DNA from: a virus | Lineage: Duplodnaviria > Caudoviricetes | Virus record (IMG/VR): IMGVR_UViG_3300042542_006078 | Length of the DNA: 64,000 nt | Direction: 5' to 3' (one strand) | Shown: one piece after another, positions 47,423 to 57,643 of the stretch | Position numbering within the stretch: position 1 is the stretch's first letter | How the letters are laid out: every line of letters begins with the position of its first letter | Translations under genes and position numbers: made by a program | Notes under the pieces: generated by a model | What the model was told of the DNA's origin: nothing | What the model saw: only the letters and a program-made list of their open reading frames with translations | Database searches by the model: none

Positions 47423-48130
47423 ATGGAACTTGTAAAAAATGAATTGCTGAAAGAAATTGATGAAGTGATTTCAAAAAGAGAAATCAATCAAAGACATAGT
47501 TATTTTCAGTTAAAGTATTTTTTGATTGGCAAAGAGCCGACAATGCAATCAAAAATGTGGCAATGCCTTCGGGAAATGAAAAATAGAAGCGAAAGCTTGA
47601 AAAGCATTGATCTTGAAACTGAAGAGTTAAAAGATAAGTTGGAGCTACTAGATATTAATGTCCAAAAAGTAAAACATGACAAGGATAAATCCCTACCTGA
47701 AGATAAGATTTTACATGATCTTTTTATGAAAGAATGTGACATTAAAATTCGCCAGTTGGATCGTCAAAAAAAGGCTTTGGAACAAAGTTATAAGGATATT
47801 CAAGAAAGAAGGCGTTGGATATCAGAGGAAGGTAAGTTTTTTCTGGAAACATTCAAAAATCTGGAAAAGATTGAACCACTCAAACATTTTGATGATTTGG
47901 AGGCTCAAAAGGAATACTGGCAAGAAAAACTTACCCAAAAAGTTAATCTTAAGATGTTGACCCAGAACACAATTGATGTCGATCTTATTGAAACAATTGT
48001 GGCTTTGCCAGACGACTTAAAAATCAAACAACAAACACTACAAACATTAAACTTAAAACAAAATGAAATACTTGTTAAACTTTCAGAAACAGCCAAAAAA
48101 CTTGAATCTAAGAATTTGAAGGAGACTTGA
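47423..48130 (+). CDS. Coiled-coil hypothetical protein
   Basis: 235 aa, charged heptads; AAGGAG RBS. Confidence 0.65.
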   Translation: MELVKNELLKEIDEVISKREINQRHSYFQLKYFLIGKEPTMQSKMWQCLREMKNRSESLKSIDLETEELKDKLELLDINVQKVKHDKDKSLPEDKILHDLFMKECDIKIRQLDRQKKALEQSYKDIQERRRWISEEGKFFLETFKNLEKIEPLKHFDDLEAQKEYWQEKLTQKVNLKMLTQNTIDVDLIETIVALPDDLKIKQQTLQTLNLKQNEILVKLSETAKKLESKNLKET

Positions 48131-49188
48131 TGGCAGTAACAAAAATATCATCGTATGATACTGGTTATGTTACAGGAAATTTATCTCTTTATCCAGAGGC
48201 GATAGATTCAAGATATCAGCTTTATGAGGCAAAAAACAATGCCGAAACTAAATTATCTCAATCATTAACATATACTGCAAAATTTATTTTAGTCGAAAAC
48301 AATGATAGTTTTCCATCAACAGGCATCATCAGGATTGGTCCTCCTCCCGGCCAATCCGGTGCCGCAGAGATGATTTATTACGACAATAAATCTCAAGGGA
48401 TTTTTAAGAATTTGATAAGGGGATTCGCTGGATCAAGGCAAAATCCTTGGCCAGTTGGAAGTTATGTTACAAGCGCAGTTTTCGCAGAACATCACAATAG
48501 TATCAAGGATGCCATAATCAACATCGAAACAAATGTTGGAGTTGAAACAAATCCATTATCTACTTCCCTCAATGGTATCCTTAAGACTCAAGAAAACAGA
48601 TTTTTAGCACCAAGACCAGTTTTCAGAAGTTATCCAACAATTGCCTTGCCCGGTAAAAAAATAAGATTCCAGAACTTCAGTTCTGGACCAATAATTAGAT
48701 ATCTTTGGGACTTTGGAGACGGAACTACTTCAATAGAAAAATCTCCATCACACACATATTACAAGGAAGGTGTTTTTTCGATCAAATTGAACATCATTAC
48801 TGAGAGCGGGGCTCAGGGAATTGCTGAAAAGAAAAATTACATCACAATAAGTAACGATGCAGCTTTGCCATTTTTCTATATTCTTCCAAAAACAGGAATT
48901 TCAATGCAGACTGCCATTTCCTTGGGAGATTCTAATTTGGCGACAAAATTCAACTTTGTTGACCAAGCAGACGGCGACATCATTCAAAGATACTGGGTTT
49001 TTGATGGTGTTGGTTATCAAAATGGTGTACTTGTTCCTTCACAAACAATTACGGAACTTGATCCAAATATCCATTTTACTTCCTATACCTACGATAAACC
49101 CGGAAAATACACTCCATCATTATTGATCGTGTATGAAAACCAAAAAGTGAAAAGGTCTGTTCTTGCTGACAGCATAGTGGTGGAATAA
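48127..49188 (+). CDS. PKD-domain tail/fibre protein, paralogue 1
   Basis: AEHHNSIKDAI; PKD motif YLWDFGDGTTS...PSHTY..EGVFSIKL. Confidence 0.75.
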   Translation: MMAVTKISSYDTGYVTGNLSLYPEAIDSRYQLYEAKNNAETKLSQSLTYTAKFILVENNDSFPSTGIIRIGPPPGQSGAAEMIYYDNKSQGIFKNLIRGFAGSRQNPWPVGSYVTSAVFAEHHNSIKDAIINIETNVGVETNPLSTSLNGILKTQENRFLAPRPVFRSYPTIALPGKKIRFQNFSSGPIIRYLWDFGDGTTSIEKSPSHTYYKEGVFSIKLNIITESGAQGIAEKKNYITISNDAALPFFYILPKTGISMQTAISLGDSNLATKFNFVDQADGDIIQRYWVFDGVGYQNGVLVPSQTITELDPNIHFTSYTYDKPGKYTPSLLIVYENQKVKRSVLADSIVVE

Positions 49189-51539
49189 TGGCAACAAATT
49201 ATCCTGTATCTTTTGATACCAATCTAAACCTTTACAAGGTTAGTGATGGGTTAAGAGTATTTCTTGCAGAGGATTACAATCCCGGCGATACCACCATTAC
49301 GGTTCTTGGCGACGAATCAACCATGAGGTTGTTTAACAACACCGGAATCATCACTCTCACCGAACAATGTAGTGAACCATCTCTTCGTGCCCTGAGCTTT
49401 TCCTACACATCCAGAACACTTACAACATTTGAAGGTCTGACACTTCTATCTGGATTTGTTGATAATGCCAAGCCAAAAAATGTAACCAATGTCATTCAGA
49501 ATGTAATGGCAGAACACCACAATGCAATCAAAGATGCATTGATAGGAATTCAAGAGTTTGTTGGAAAAAAAGGTGAAGTTGCAACAGGGCCTCTCGAAGG
49601 AACGATGGAAGAAAGAATTAATTATTTAAGACAAATAGCATTGCAGCCGAAAGCTTGGTTCAAGGTTGATAAGACTAGTGGTCTAGCACCTCTTACGGTT
49701 ACTTTCACAGACTTAAGTTTTCGTCTTGGCACTGATGGATCATCATCGAATATTCAATATTTTTGGAATTTTGGCGACAATACAACATCTACCATTTCAT
49801 TCATATCAGTTATTGGAGGAATATCCACATTAGAAGTAATGTCAGTTTTACCTTCAGTAATTTCTTTAGCATCTTATGTTCCAAACAATATATCCAATAT
49901 TATTGTGGAAGATATTGATGGCGGCACAATTAGTAAGGTTTATACTGAGCCGGGCGTATACACCGTGCAGCTTAAAATAGTTAATGATTTTGGAGAAGAC
50001 ACAGTAATATTTGATGATCTCATAGAAGCCAAATTTCCTGCTCCAAGCGAAGCATGCATTACATTTGTTGCAAGAGCCAATCAAATAATTACCACAGCCG
50101 GAGTGCCATCTGGAGGCCCTTACACGACAACTCCAGTTATTCGTGCCCCAATCAATTCAATCATTGACATGTACATTCCAACTGGAACTAATCCAAACAC
50201 ACCGGGAGTGACATATTCTGGCGAAACCATGATAGACGGAACGATTATTGATCCTATCGAAACTTACACTTGGTCTTTCACGGATGATTTGACACATGGA
50301 AATTCCACTGTCGCAAGAGCAGTTTATAGCGTTGGTGGAATATATGACATGGTTTTAAGATGCGACACAAAATTGGGCGCATACAGAATCACAGTATATG
50401 AAAGCGCATTTGACATTGTGGAAAAATATAACCTTTGGCTTTGGTTGTATAACACCAATAAAACGCAAGCTTCTGTATCTGAATTTGGACTTCTAAGCGA
50501 AACATTCAAGTCAACTACCGCTCCTTTGACATTAAATGTAAACCAGTCATTTCTTGTGAATACAGTTTCCAATCCAGTTGTTAATTCGGCACAGCAACTT
50601 AGGGAATTCAACAGAAATGTTGGATTTGCTCCTAGAACATCAGCAAGTTCCGGTAATGCTGGGACAGGAATTCTTTACTGGGCAAGTGGAAGACCCGCTA
50701 ACAGTTCTGTTCTAAATGAAAAAATTCTTAGCTCGCAATTCAATGGTTTCACTCAAGTTTACACAAGTGGGATTGATAACGCTGGTGTTGATATCCAAAG
50801 ACCTTGGAACTGGATTGGGTTGGCTTCAACACAAAAAATTTATTTTGTGTTTGGAGGAGTAATTGGATCAATATCTCCCAATACATCACCAACAAATCAA
50901 ACCAAGGATGTTGTTCCTCTAAGCACTTTATCTGCCGTGATACCAGCAACCATTTTAGCAAATGATAATTATCAAAACGGAGCAGAAGAATTACAGGAAA
51001 ATGAGGTGACATTCAATATTTCTGGCATAGCAGAACAAGGAAACATGAGTGTTTACCGTAGTTGTTGGAAGGACGATGCAGGATTTTTTCTCAGAAACCA
51101 AGGAACTGGAACATTTTTCAGAATCAAAAGTTTTTACAGAACAAGTGGAAATACATCAGAACCATTTATTAATATCAAGAAACTTCCAGATATGACAGGT
51201 TCGTCTAAGGTAGAAGGGCAATTGGTTGCGCTTTCAACTGGTGTTTATTTCTTTAGCAACTCTGGCGCAGTTGCGGCTTATAACCCCACTACAGGCGTTT
51301 GGGGCACTGGCGGGCCGGGAGTTAACTCTCCAGCATTCAAGGCTCTTCAGGACAGTACAGTCTCTGGATTCGATAGCGAAAGCCAAACATTATTGGCAGC
51401 TTCTGACGGAGACAAGCTGGCTTATTTAAGTTTTGACTATAGTGCAAAAGCATTTATAAAATTTAATGAAACAGACACAACATTCAGTAGTGTTACCAGC
51501 AGGCCAAGTGGTGATCAATGGAACATGACCATTTTTTAA
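49188..51539 (+). CDS. PKD-domain tail/fibre protein, paralogue 2
   Basis: AEHHNAIKDAL; YFWNFGD; VYTEPGVYTVQL; YTWSF. Confidence 0.75.
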   Translation: MATNYPVSFDTNLNLYKVSDGLRVFLAEDYNPGDTTITVLGDESTMRLFNNTGIITLTEQCSEPSLRALSFSYTSRTLTTFEGLTLLSGFVDNAKPKNVTNVIQNVMAEHHNAIKDALIGIQEFVGKKGEVATGPLEGTMEERINYLRQIALQPKAWFKVDKTSGLAPLTVTFTDLSFRLGTDGSSSNIQYFWNFGDNTTSTISFISVIGGISTLEVMSVLPSVISLASYVPNNISNIIVEDIDGGTISKVYTEPGVYTVQLKIVNDFGEDTVIFDDLIEAKFPAPSEACITFVARANQIITTAGVPSGGPYTTTPVIRAPINSIIDMYIPTGTNPNTPGVTYSGETMIDGTIIDPIETYTWSFTDDLTHGNSTVARAVYSVGGIYDMVLRCDTKLGAYRITVYESAFDIVEKYNLWLWLYNTNKTQASVSEFGLLSETFKSTTAPLTLNVNQSFLVNTVSNPVVNSAQQLREFNRNVGFAPRTSASSGNAGTGILYWASGRPANSSVLNEKILSSQFNGFTQVYTSGIDNAGVDIQRPWNWIGLASTQKIYFVFGGVIGSISPNTSPTNQTKDVVPLSTLSAVIPATILANDNYQNGAEELQENEVTFNISGIAEQGNMSVYRSCWKDDAGFFLRNQGTGTFFRIKSFYRTSGNTSEPFINIKKLPDMTGSSKVEGQLVALSTGVYFFSNSGAVAAYNPTTGVWGTGGPGVNSPAFKALQDSTVSGFDSESQTLLAASDGDKLAYLSFDYSAKAFIKFNETDTTFSSVTSRPSGDQWNMTIF

Positions 51540-51585
51540 CTTATAGAGATAAATACTTTGATACAAAAAAGGGATAAATCAAAAA

Positions 51586-54500
51586 GTGGCCAATTACTTT
51601 CCACCAACTCCTGTCTACCCTAAAAATTACGACAGTGAACAAACTTTGTTTCTGGTTTACAACACATCAGAAACATTAACAAGCGGAGAAAATCTGCCTT
51701 GGGCTCAGGAAATTGATATTGTTCCTGTTGCGGCAGAATTACAAGAGCAATGGTCAACTAATGGTTTTGCAAATATTGATGGTGAATTATTTTACTACGA
51801 TTCAGTTGCATATGATGAAAATGGAAAAATAAACAAGTTTAAGCGTTGCTCAAGAAATTTAGGCGGGACTCATACTCATAAAACTCAGGCCGGAAGTGAA
51901 GTTCGTGGTTTCGTAATTGCGGAGCATCACAATCAGCTTGTTGATGCTATAGTTCAGACTGAAAAATTCATTGGATATAACTTTACTCCAGACAAAACCA
52001 CATTGGATTGGAGAATAAGAAATCTTCAACAGTTAAATCCAATTTTTGATGATTTTTCATGTCCAGATGTTGTTTTTGACAAAAGCATATTGAGCGAAAA
52101 CCCTGTTACTGGCACAGTCATGAGTTATGCCATAACCATTACAGGAATTTTTACAAACTACAGGCTTGATTTTGGAGATGGCAATTTTACAACGACATCG
52201 ACAAGTGGAACTCACACTTACGCTCCAAACTCAAAAATCGACCCTGTTTTAACTATTTCAAATAGCCAATGTGCCATAGTCCAAACTCCGATTGAAAGAG
52301 AAGTTTTAACAGAAATTCCACAACAGGCTGTAACACCTGTTTTGGAAATACCAATACCAACTATTCCAGACTTTCCTTTTATTACACTACCAGATATAAC
52401 TGTTCCATCTCTTACTCCACAAATTCCACCAATTGTATTTCCTTATTTGAATATTGGGCCTGTTGGGCCAATTATTGTCCCAAGCGTCATTAGTGTTGTT
52501 CCACCTATTGTCATTCCGTCCATTGTTTCAATTACGCCTTTGAATGTTCCCAGCATTATTTCAGTTGTGCCCAATGAAATTATTATCACTGGCAATATTA
52601 TCCCAACTGAAATTAATGTAATAGATGATATTCCGAATGAAATCAACATAAACGATGATTTACCAACTGAAATACCAATAGTAGATGATTTACCAACTGA
52701 AATACCAATAGTAGATGATTTACCAACTGAAATACCAATAGTAGATGATTTGCCAACTGAGATTAATGTAAATAGTGATATTCCAACTGAAATTAATGTA
52801 AATAGTGATATTCCGACAAATATCACCATTGATGACGATATACCTGAAATCATCACAATAATAGAAGACATTCCTACTACAATAGCCATTGTTGAAGATA
52901 TACCAACAATTATAAATATTATTGATGATGTGCCTACAACTATTACAGTAGATGATGATTTACCTACAACTATTACAATAGACGATGATTTGCCTACCAC
53001 GATTGTAGTAACAGATAGTTTGCCAACAATCATAATAGTGAATGACGATATCACTCCTGTCATTACAGTAGAAGACGATATCACTCCTGTCATTACAGTA
53101 GAAGATGATATCACTCCTGTCATTATAGTAGAAGATGATATCACTCCTGTCATTATAGTAGAAGATGATATTGACCCAGTTATTACAGTATTTGACTCAT
53201 TACCAACCAATATACCATTTTTGGATGATTTGCCTCCATATATTGAGTTGTATGACGACTTGCCTACAGTTATTTCAATTATTGATGACATAACAAGAAT
53301 AATTTCAATTCTTGAAGACATTCCTTCAACTATTACTGTGATTGGTCTAGAAATACCATCAATAATTTCGATTCAAGTAACGGCAACTATACCAACACTA
53401 ATATCAATAACTGGAAACATACCATCTGTTATTTCTGTTACTAGTGAAATTCCATCTGTTATTTCTTTGAGTCATGATTTGCCATCAAATATCAATGTAA
53501 TTGATAATATACCAAGTGAAATAAATGTTATGGAAGATATTCCAGATGTTATTACGCTTGAGTCTACTGTACCAGATATCATTACACTTGTAGAAAATCT
53601 ACCAAGGAGCATAAATTTAGTTGGTACTATTCCAGAAAACATAAATTTAATTGCAAACCTGCCAGAAAGCATAGACCTCAATGATGATCTTCCAACATCA
53701 ATTAATTTGGCAGATGATCTTCCTGAGACAATAACTTTGGCATCAGACATACCAACTATTATTGAGCTTTATGATGATATTCCTGATGCAATTGTTCTGG
53801 TTGATGATATTCCCCTTTTCATTCAGGTTATTGATGATTTGCCATCAAGAATTTCATTTGGTCCAGCGCCAACTTTCCCGAAGATTCAATTTGCCCCAGC
53901 ACCAAAATTAGGGCCTATATCAGTAGATTGGGGAACACCGCCCTACATCCCTGTTTCGTGGGGAACTCCTCCAAAACTGAGTGCTGTTGTGACCGTGCAA
54001 TGTGCCCCAGCAAGTACGCCATTCACTAAAGTCAAGGATTTGTTTTCAGAGCAGGATTCATTCAGTCCATTGGAGCCTGTAAGAATCCAAGCTGAAGAAG
54101 TTGGAATACCATCAGAAATTACTTTGAAAATTCCCGAGATACCAGACATCAAGGTTTTGCATGACATACCCGCAATAATCAGGGTTGAGTCGCCAAAAAT
54201 TCCTGATATTAGGATTATTGCTCCAGATGTGCCCATACCAAATGAAATCAGAATTAATTCTGAAAATGTTCCTTCAACAATAGAGCTTTTGGCCACTAAC
54301 ATACCATCATCAATTAAGCTTGAGACATCAAATCTTCCAAGTTCAATTAAATTAGAAGTTCCAAATGTTATGCCAACAATAAAGATTGATGCTTCTGGAA
54401 TACCAGAAAAAATTCAAGTTGTTGGAATACCATCTGCAATTGAATTGATAGGCGCTCCTTCGGAAATCAAGTTGGTCATGCCAGAAAAACCGGAAATCGA

Positions 54501-54618
54501 ACTTGTTTATAAGGGGGCTCCAATTGATGTGAAGATCAATCTGGATGTGACAAAATTAACTGGAGAAAATGGCGAACAACCCTGCTTTGCCTTAGTACCC
54601 TGCAACAAACCGGCGTAA
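51586..54618 (+). CDS. Tail fibre-like protein, paralogue 3, with ~40 acidic 10-aa repeats
   Basis: AEHHNQLVDAI; LDFGDG..HTY; repeats of the DDLPTEIPIV type. Confidence 0.7.
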   Translation: MANYFPPTPVYPKNYDSEQTLFLVYNTSETLTSGENLPWAQEIDIVPVAAELQEQWSTNGFANIDGELFYYDSVAYDENGKINKFKRCSRNLGGTHTHKTQAGSEVRGFVIAEHHNQLVDAIVQTEKFIGYNFTPDKTTLDWRIRNLQQLNPIFDDFSCPDVVFDKSILSENPVTGTVMSYAITITGIFTNYRLDFGDGNFTTTSTSGTHTYAPNSKIDPVLTISNSQCAIVQTPIEREVLTEIPQQAVTPVLEIPIPTIPDFPFITLPDITVPSLTPQIPPIVFPYLNIGPVGPIIVPSVISVVPPIVIPSIVSITPLNVPSIISVVPNEIIITGNIIPTEINVIDDIPNEININDDLPTEIPIVDDLPTEIPIVDDLPTEIPIVDDLPTEINVNSDIPTEINVNSDIPTNITIDDDIPEIITIIEDIPTTIAIVEDIPTIINIIDDVPTTITVDDDLPTTITIDDDLPTTIVVTDSLPTIIIVNDDITPVITVEDDITPVITVEDDITPVIIVEDDITPVIIVEDDIDPVITVFDSLPTNIPFLDDLPPYIELYDDLPTVISIIDDITRIISILEDIPSTITVIGLEIPSIISIQVTATIPTLISITGNIPSVISVTSEIPSVISLSHDLPSNINVIDNIPSEINVMEDIPDVITLESTVPDIITLVENLPRSINLVGTIPENINLIANLPESIDLNDDLPTSINLADDLPETITLASDIPTIIELYDDIPDAIVLVDDIPLFIQVIDDLPSRISFGPAPTFPKIQFAPAPKLGPISVDWGTPPYIPVSWGTPPKLSAVVTVQCAPASTPFTKVKDLFSEQDSFSPLEPVRIQAEEVGIPSEITLKIPEIPDIKVLHDIPAIIRVESPKIPDIRIIAPDVPIPNEIRINSENVPSTIELLATNIPSSIKLETSNLPSSIKLEVPNVMPTIKIDASGIPEKIQVVGIPSAIELIGAPSEIKLVMPEKPEIELVYKGAPIDVKINLDVTKLTGENGEQPCFALVPCNKPA
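52590..53853 (+). repeat. Coding tandem repeat, 30-nt / 10-aa unit (x-D-[LIV]-P-x-x-I-x-[VIL]-x)
   Basis: Includes near-exact blocks gatgatttaccaactgaaataccaatagta x3 and DDITPVI[TI]VE x4. Confidence 0.9.
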
Positions 54619-54620
54619 AA

Positions 54621-55490
54621 ATGTCTGATAGAATTAAAAAAACAACTGATGGTAACAAGTATTATTTAACAGAGGAAGGGATGTGGGTCAGAGATTTCAC
54701 ATCTGATCAATTTCCTTTTGTTGACCTGAATAATACTATAGACAACAAAGATTATTTTACCTTCTTGGAAAACGAAACAAAAAATAGTCTGGAAAAATGT
54801 GCTTGGATTGATAGCGAAAGTTTTCAAATGCGTGATGTTGTGATTGTTTCTGATGGTTATGGTTTTCAGAACAAACAGAAAATTCTTTCTAAATTGCCAA
54901 AGTCAACAACAATCATAGGTGTAAATGGTTCTTTGATAAAATGGAACCTAACCGATAGAGTCATGAACTGGTATGTGGTGAATAATCCATATAGAGAATG
55001 CATGAAATATCTTCCCAGAAGAAATCGTATCATGCCAAAATGCATAGCTTCATGCAGAACAAATCATCAATTTATGAGTGCGTACAAAGGAATAAAATAT
55101 AAATATTATCCTGTCAATGAAAAGAAATATTCTGGATTTGGGTTAAAGGAAACCCAATGGCAGGTTGATGATTATAGGAACTCTATATGCGCCGCACTCA
55201 ATATAGCTTATCGTTTTGGTGCTGAAAATATAATGTTATTTTGTTGTGATGACAGTTTTGATGGTGAAAGACCCGGTGCTATAAAACTTGAAAATGGATT
55301 ATATGAATATCCACAACATTCTATAGCTCACGGAATAATTGATGGATTTTTCTATTGGATAAAAAATCATCCTCATTTTGAAACTAAATTAAGTGATCAT
55401 TCAAGCACTAAAGAATATAAACATGCACCATATATAAGAGAGGAAGAATTACTTCCTTTTTTTCAACAAGGTGGTGAAAAATATGACTAG
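54621..55490 (+). CDS. Hypothetical protein resembling DUF115/MptE-like (glycosylation-associated) folds
   Basis: VVIVSDGYG...TIIGVNGSL...NSICAALNIAYRFGAENIMLFCCD. Confidence 0.5.
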   Translation: MSDRIKKTTDGNKYYLTEEGMWVRDFTSDQFPFVDLNNTIDNKDYFTFLENETKNSLEKCAWIDSESFQMRDVVIVSDGYGFQNKQKILSKLPKSTTIIGVNGSLIKWNLTDRVMNWYVVNNPYRECMKYLPRRNRIMPKCIASCRTNHQFMSAYKGIKYKYYPVNEKKYSGFGLKETQWQVDDYRNSICAALNIAYRFGAENIMLFCCDDSFDGERPGAIKLENGLYEYPQHSIAHGIIDGFFYWIKNHPHFETKLSDHSSTKEYKHAPYIREEELLPFFQQGGEKYD

Positions 55491-55797
55491 ATGGAATTAT
55501 AAAAACGATGATGATCCTTTTGGACCATTCAATTTCAGCGACTTCAAAAAATGGATGTCGCAGCAACAAGAAAACGGCAGATCAAGTATGGTCGGTGTTC
55601 AAGTTGAATCAAAAATACCCCTCAAAAAACTCGTTTCAAGAATTGAAACCCAAGATGGCGAATTACTTGAAGTGGCAAAAGATTTTAAGAAAAACGGTGG
55701 TAAAATCACAGAAGAAAACGGACATTACATGTATGTCGCTGTTGATAGCGGCTCATTTATGATCCACAAAATGCATTTGAAAAAATCAGATTGCTAA
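55483..55797 (+). CDS. Hypothetical protein
   Basis: GGTGG precedes ATG 55483; contains FSDFKKWMSQQQE. Confidence 0.6.
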   Translation: MTRWNYKNDDDPFGPFNFSDFKKWMSQQQENGRSSMVGVQVESKIPLKKLVSRIETQDGELLEVAKDFKKNGGKITEENGHYMYVAVDSGSFMIHKMHLKKSDC

Positions 55798-56162
55798 GTT
55801 TTTTTCCTGATCATTGTTATCTTCTGTGGCAATTGATTAGTGTTAATTTTGGGTATTGTTGTTTTTATGGTTATTTGAGGCTGCGAACTCAAAGGTATAT
55901 TAGTGTAACCACGATCTTTGAGAGCAGCCCTTAAGTCTTCAAATTTATCGGCTGACTCGGCCCAAGGCTCCCAAAACATCCTGTTATCGTAAATTAATTG
56001 AACTAATTCATCTGTCATATTTGAAGGCAAGTTCAATATTTCAGGATTATCAAGCCTTGATGCGAGTATTTCTTTGCCCTTTGCAACAATTAAAATTTTG
56101 ACAGATGATTTGTCTCTTCTGGCCAAATAAATATAAATGTTTGTGGTTTGATTAGCTGCCAT
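55794..56162 (-). CDS. Hypothetical protein
   Basis: 122-aa ORF filling the gap, convergent with the previous gene. Confidence 0.6.
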   Translation of the reverse strand: MAANQTTNIYIYLARRDKSSVKILIVAKGKEILASRLDNPEILNLPSNMTDELVQLIYDNRMFWEPWAESADKFEDLRAALKDRGYTNIPLSSQPQITIKTTIPKINTNQLPQKITMIRKKT

Positions 56163-56323
56163 GATTTTAATTACCTGAATTTTTTAGATTTTTATTGCTT
56201 AAAAAAAGCTCTTCTAGTAAAATTTCGATTACTAATTTAGTATAGTCGTCATTTGCATCAAATTGCTTGACGAATTCTTGCAATGCGTCAACCGTGGAAT
56301 TAATTTCATTTTGGTGGTTTTTC

Positions 56324-56935
56324 ATGATAGCTTTACCAGATTATGCGAAGATCAAAGATAATTACTGCATATCGTATTTTGGTTACAACAAAGAATATTT
56401 GACACAGCTTCGTCTTCTCAGGCCTCAAATGGAACAAGCCTTTCCCGGCATCAAAGTTTATCTTTGTTGCAGAGATGATCTCTTTTATTTATTTCATGGA
56501 GAACCAAGAACATTGGTTAAATCAAAACTTTTTGCAGAAAAGAATCAATTTGCTTATGTCAGAGAAATTTCTTATAAAGAAGGAGAACATCCAATTGAGC
56601 AGCTTTTTATCGAATCTGATTTGAAAATTAAACCAATATGCACTTCTTTTAGTAAATATGGACCAGCTAACCTTCTCACAAATGGCGTTTATCCAATAAA
56701 TAGCTTAAATCACAAACAAATACAATTTTCATTAGAATATATTGCATCGAAAAATTGCACCTGCCAAATTAACAAAGACTGGAATAATTTTGAATGGATT
56801 GTGGGAGTTGAAAATGAATTATTGTACGAGGCTGCTTCTTCAGGAAAGAAAGTAACCCTCATTTCTAATGGAATTGGTGAAAATATTTTCAAGATGATGT
56901 TCCCGAAATCTGAAATCTTGAATATTCCTTTGTGA
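56324..56935 (+). CDS. Degenerate GT-B-like protein
   Basis: C-terminal WIVGVENELLYEAASSGKKVTLI resembles the GT9 C-terminal motif. Confidence 0.5.
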   Translation: MIALPDYAKIKDNYCISYFGYNKEYLTQLRLLRPQMEQAFPGIKVYLCCRDDLFYLFHGEPRTLVKSKLFAEKNQFAYVREISYKEGEHPIEQLFIESDLKIKPICTSFSKYGPANLLTNGVYPINSLNHKQIQFSLEYIASKNCTCQINKDWNNFEWIVGVENELLYEAASSGKKVTLISNGIGENIFKMMFPKSEILNIPL

Positions 56936-57000
56936 ATGAATCACTTGTGCATAAATATGTAAGAGGTAGTTTTGATCCCTTTTTATCTCCAAGGAGAAAA

Positions 57001-57579
57001 ATGAGCGTATTCAAGGTGAATTTGAATAACATTACTCAAGGTAGTTTAGACTTAAATCCTGCAACAGGGGTAAAGTTTGTCGATTCAATTCAGCGCACCA
57101 TTTATGTAACTGGTCCAAACAAAATTTATCGTAAACTTAATGATGGCGATCAGTTTACTGATTGCAATTATTGGAAAAGATTTGCTTATCCACAAGTTAG
57201 CTATGATCAGTCTTTCATTGAAGTCGTAACAGATGATGGTTCAATTTATAGCGACATTCCAGAAGAAAATACATATCCTTTGGTTTATAATTTCACTGTT
57301 CTTGATGGTGATGTTTATGTTGATCATGAAGCGGACATCGTTGACGACACAGGATCTCCAGCCAACTTCGTTCAGATTGCTTCAACTGATGCTGCTGGCG
57401 GTGATGTAAAAGTGAAGCTTAATGGTCTTGCTGGAGCAATTTTTGACCTTAAAGCCGGAGACACTCAAGTTTTCAACTATGGTGACCTTGCTGTAACCAA
57501 ATTGAATTTTGAGAACACAAGTGGTTCTAATCAGACAGTTCAGGTTATCGTATCGGCAAGAAGCATTTGCTATAGCTGA
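57001..57579 (+). CDS. Hypothetical beta-rich protein, probably structural
   Basis: AGGAG before ATG 57001; ATAAATA at about 56950; followed by a terminator. Confidence 0.7.
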   Translation: MSVFKVNLNNITQGSLDLNPATGVKFVDSIQRTIYVTGPNKIYRKLNDGDQFTDCNYWKRFAYPQVSYDQSFIEVVTDDGSIYSDIPEENTYPLVYNFTVLDGDVYVDHEADIVDDTGSPANFVQIASTDAAGGDVKVKLNGLAGAIFDLKAGDTQVFNYGDLAVTKLNFENTSGSNQTVQVIVSARSICYS

Positions 57580-57596
57580 TTTTCATGATTAATCGT

Positions 57597-57632
57597 GTTA
57601 AGCCCGGCCTCTATTTCAAGGCTGGGCTTAAC
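57597..57632 (+). terminator. Terminator-like hairpin
   Basis: gttaagcccggcct-loop-aggctgggcttaac (14-bp stem with one G-U pair), then tatttt. Confidence 0.7.
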
Positions 57633-57643
57633 TATTTTAAGTC

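Noticed and set aside
52443-53321. 292-aa antisense ORF of Ser/Ile/Gly repeats
   Set aside because: Mirror of the 10-aa repeat, which lacks stops on the reverse strand.
25933-54618. Bacterial extracellular contractile injection system rather than a phage tail
   Set aside because: The gp2-like gene, primase, T4-like late promoter boxes, very long tape measure and phage-style gene packing all favour a lytic phage.
48127-54618. Diversity-generating retroelement acting on fibre genes
   Set aside because: No reverse transcriptase and no template/variable repeat pair differing at adenines was seen in the window.
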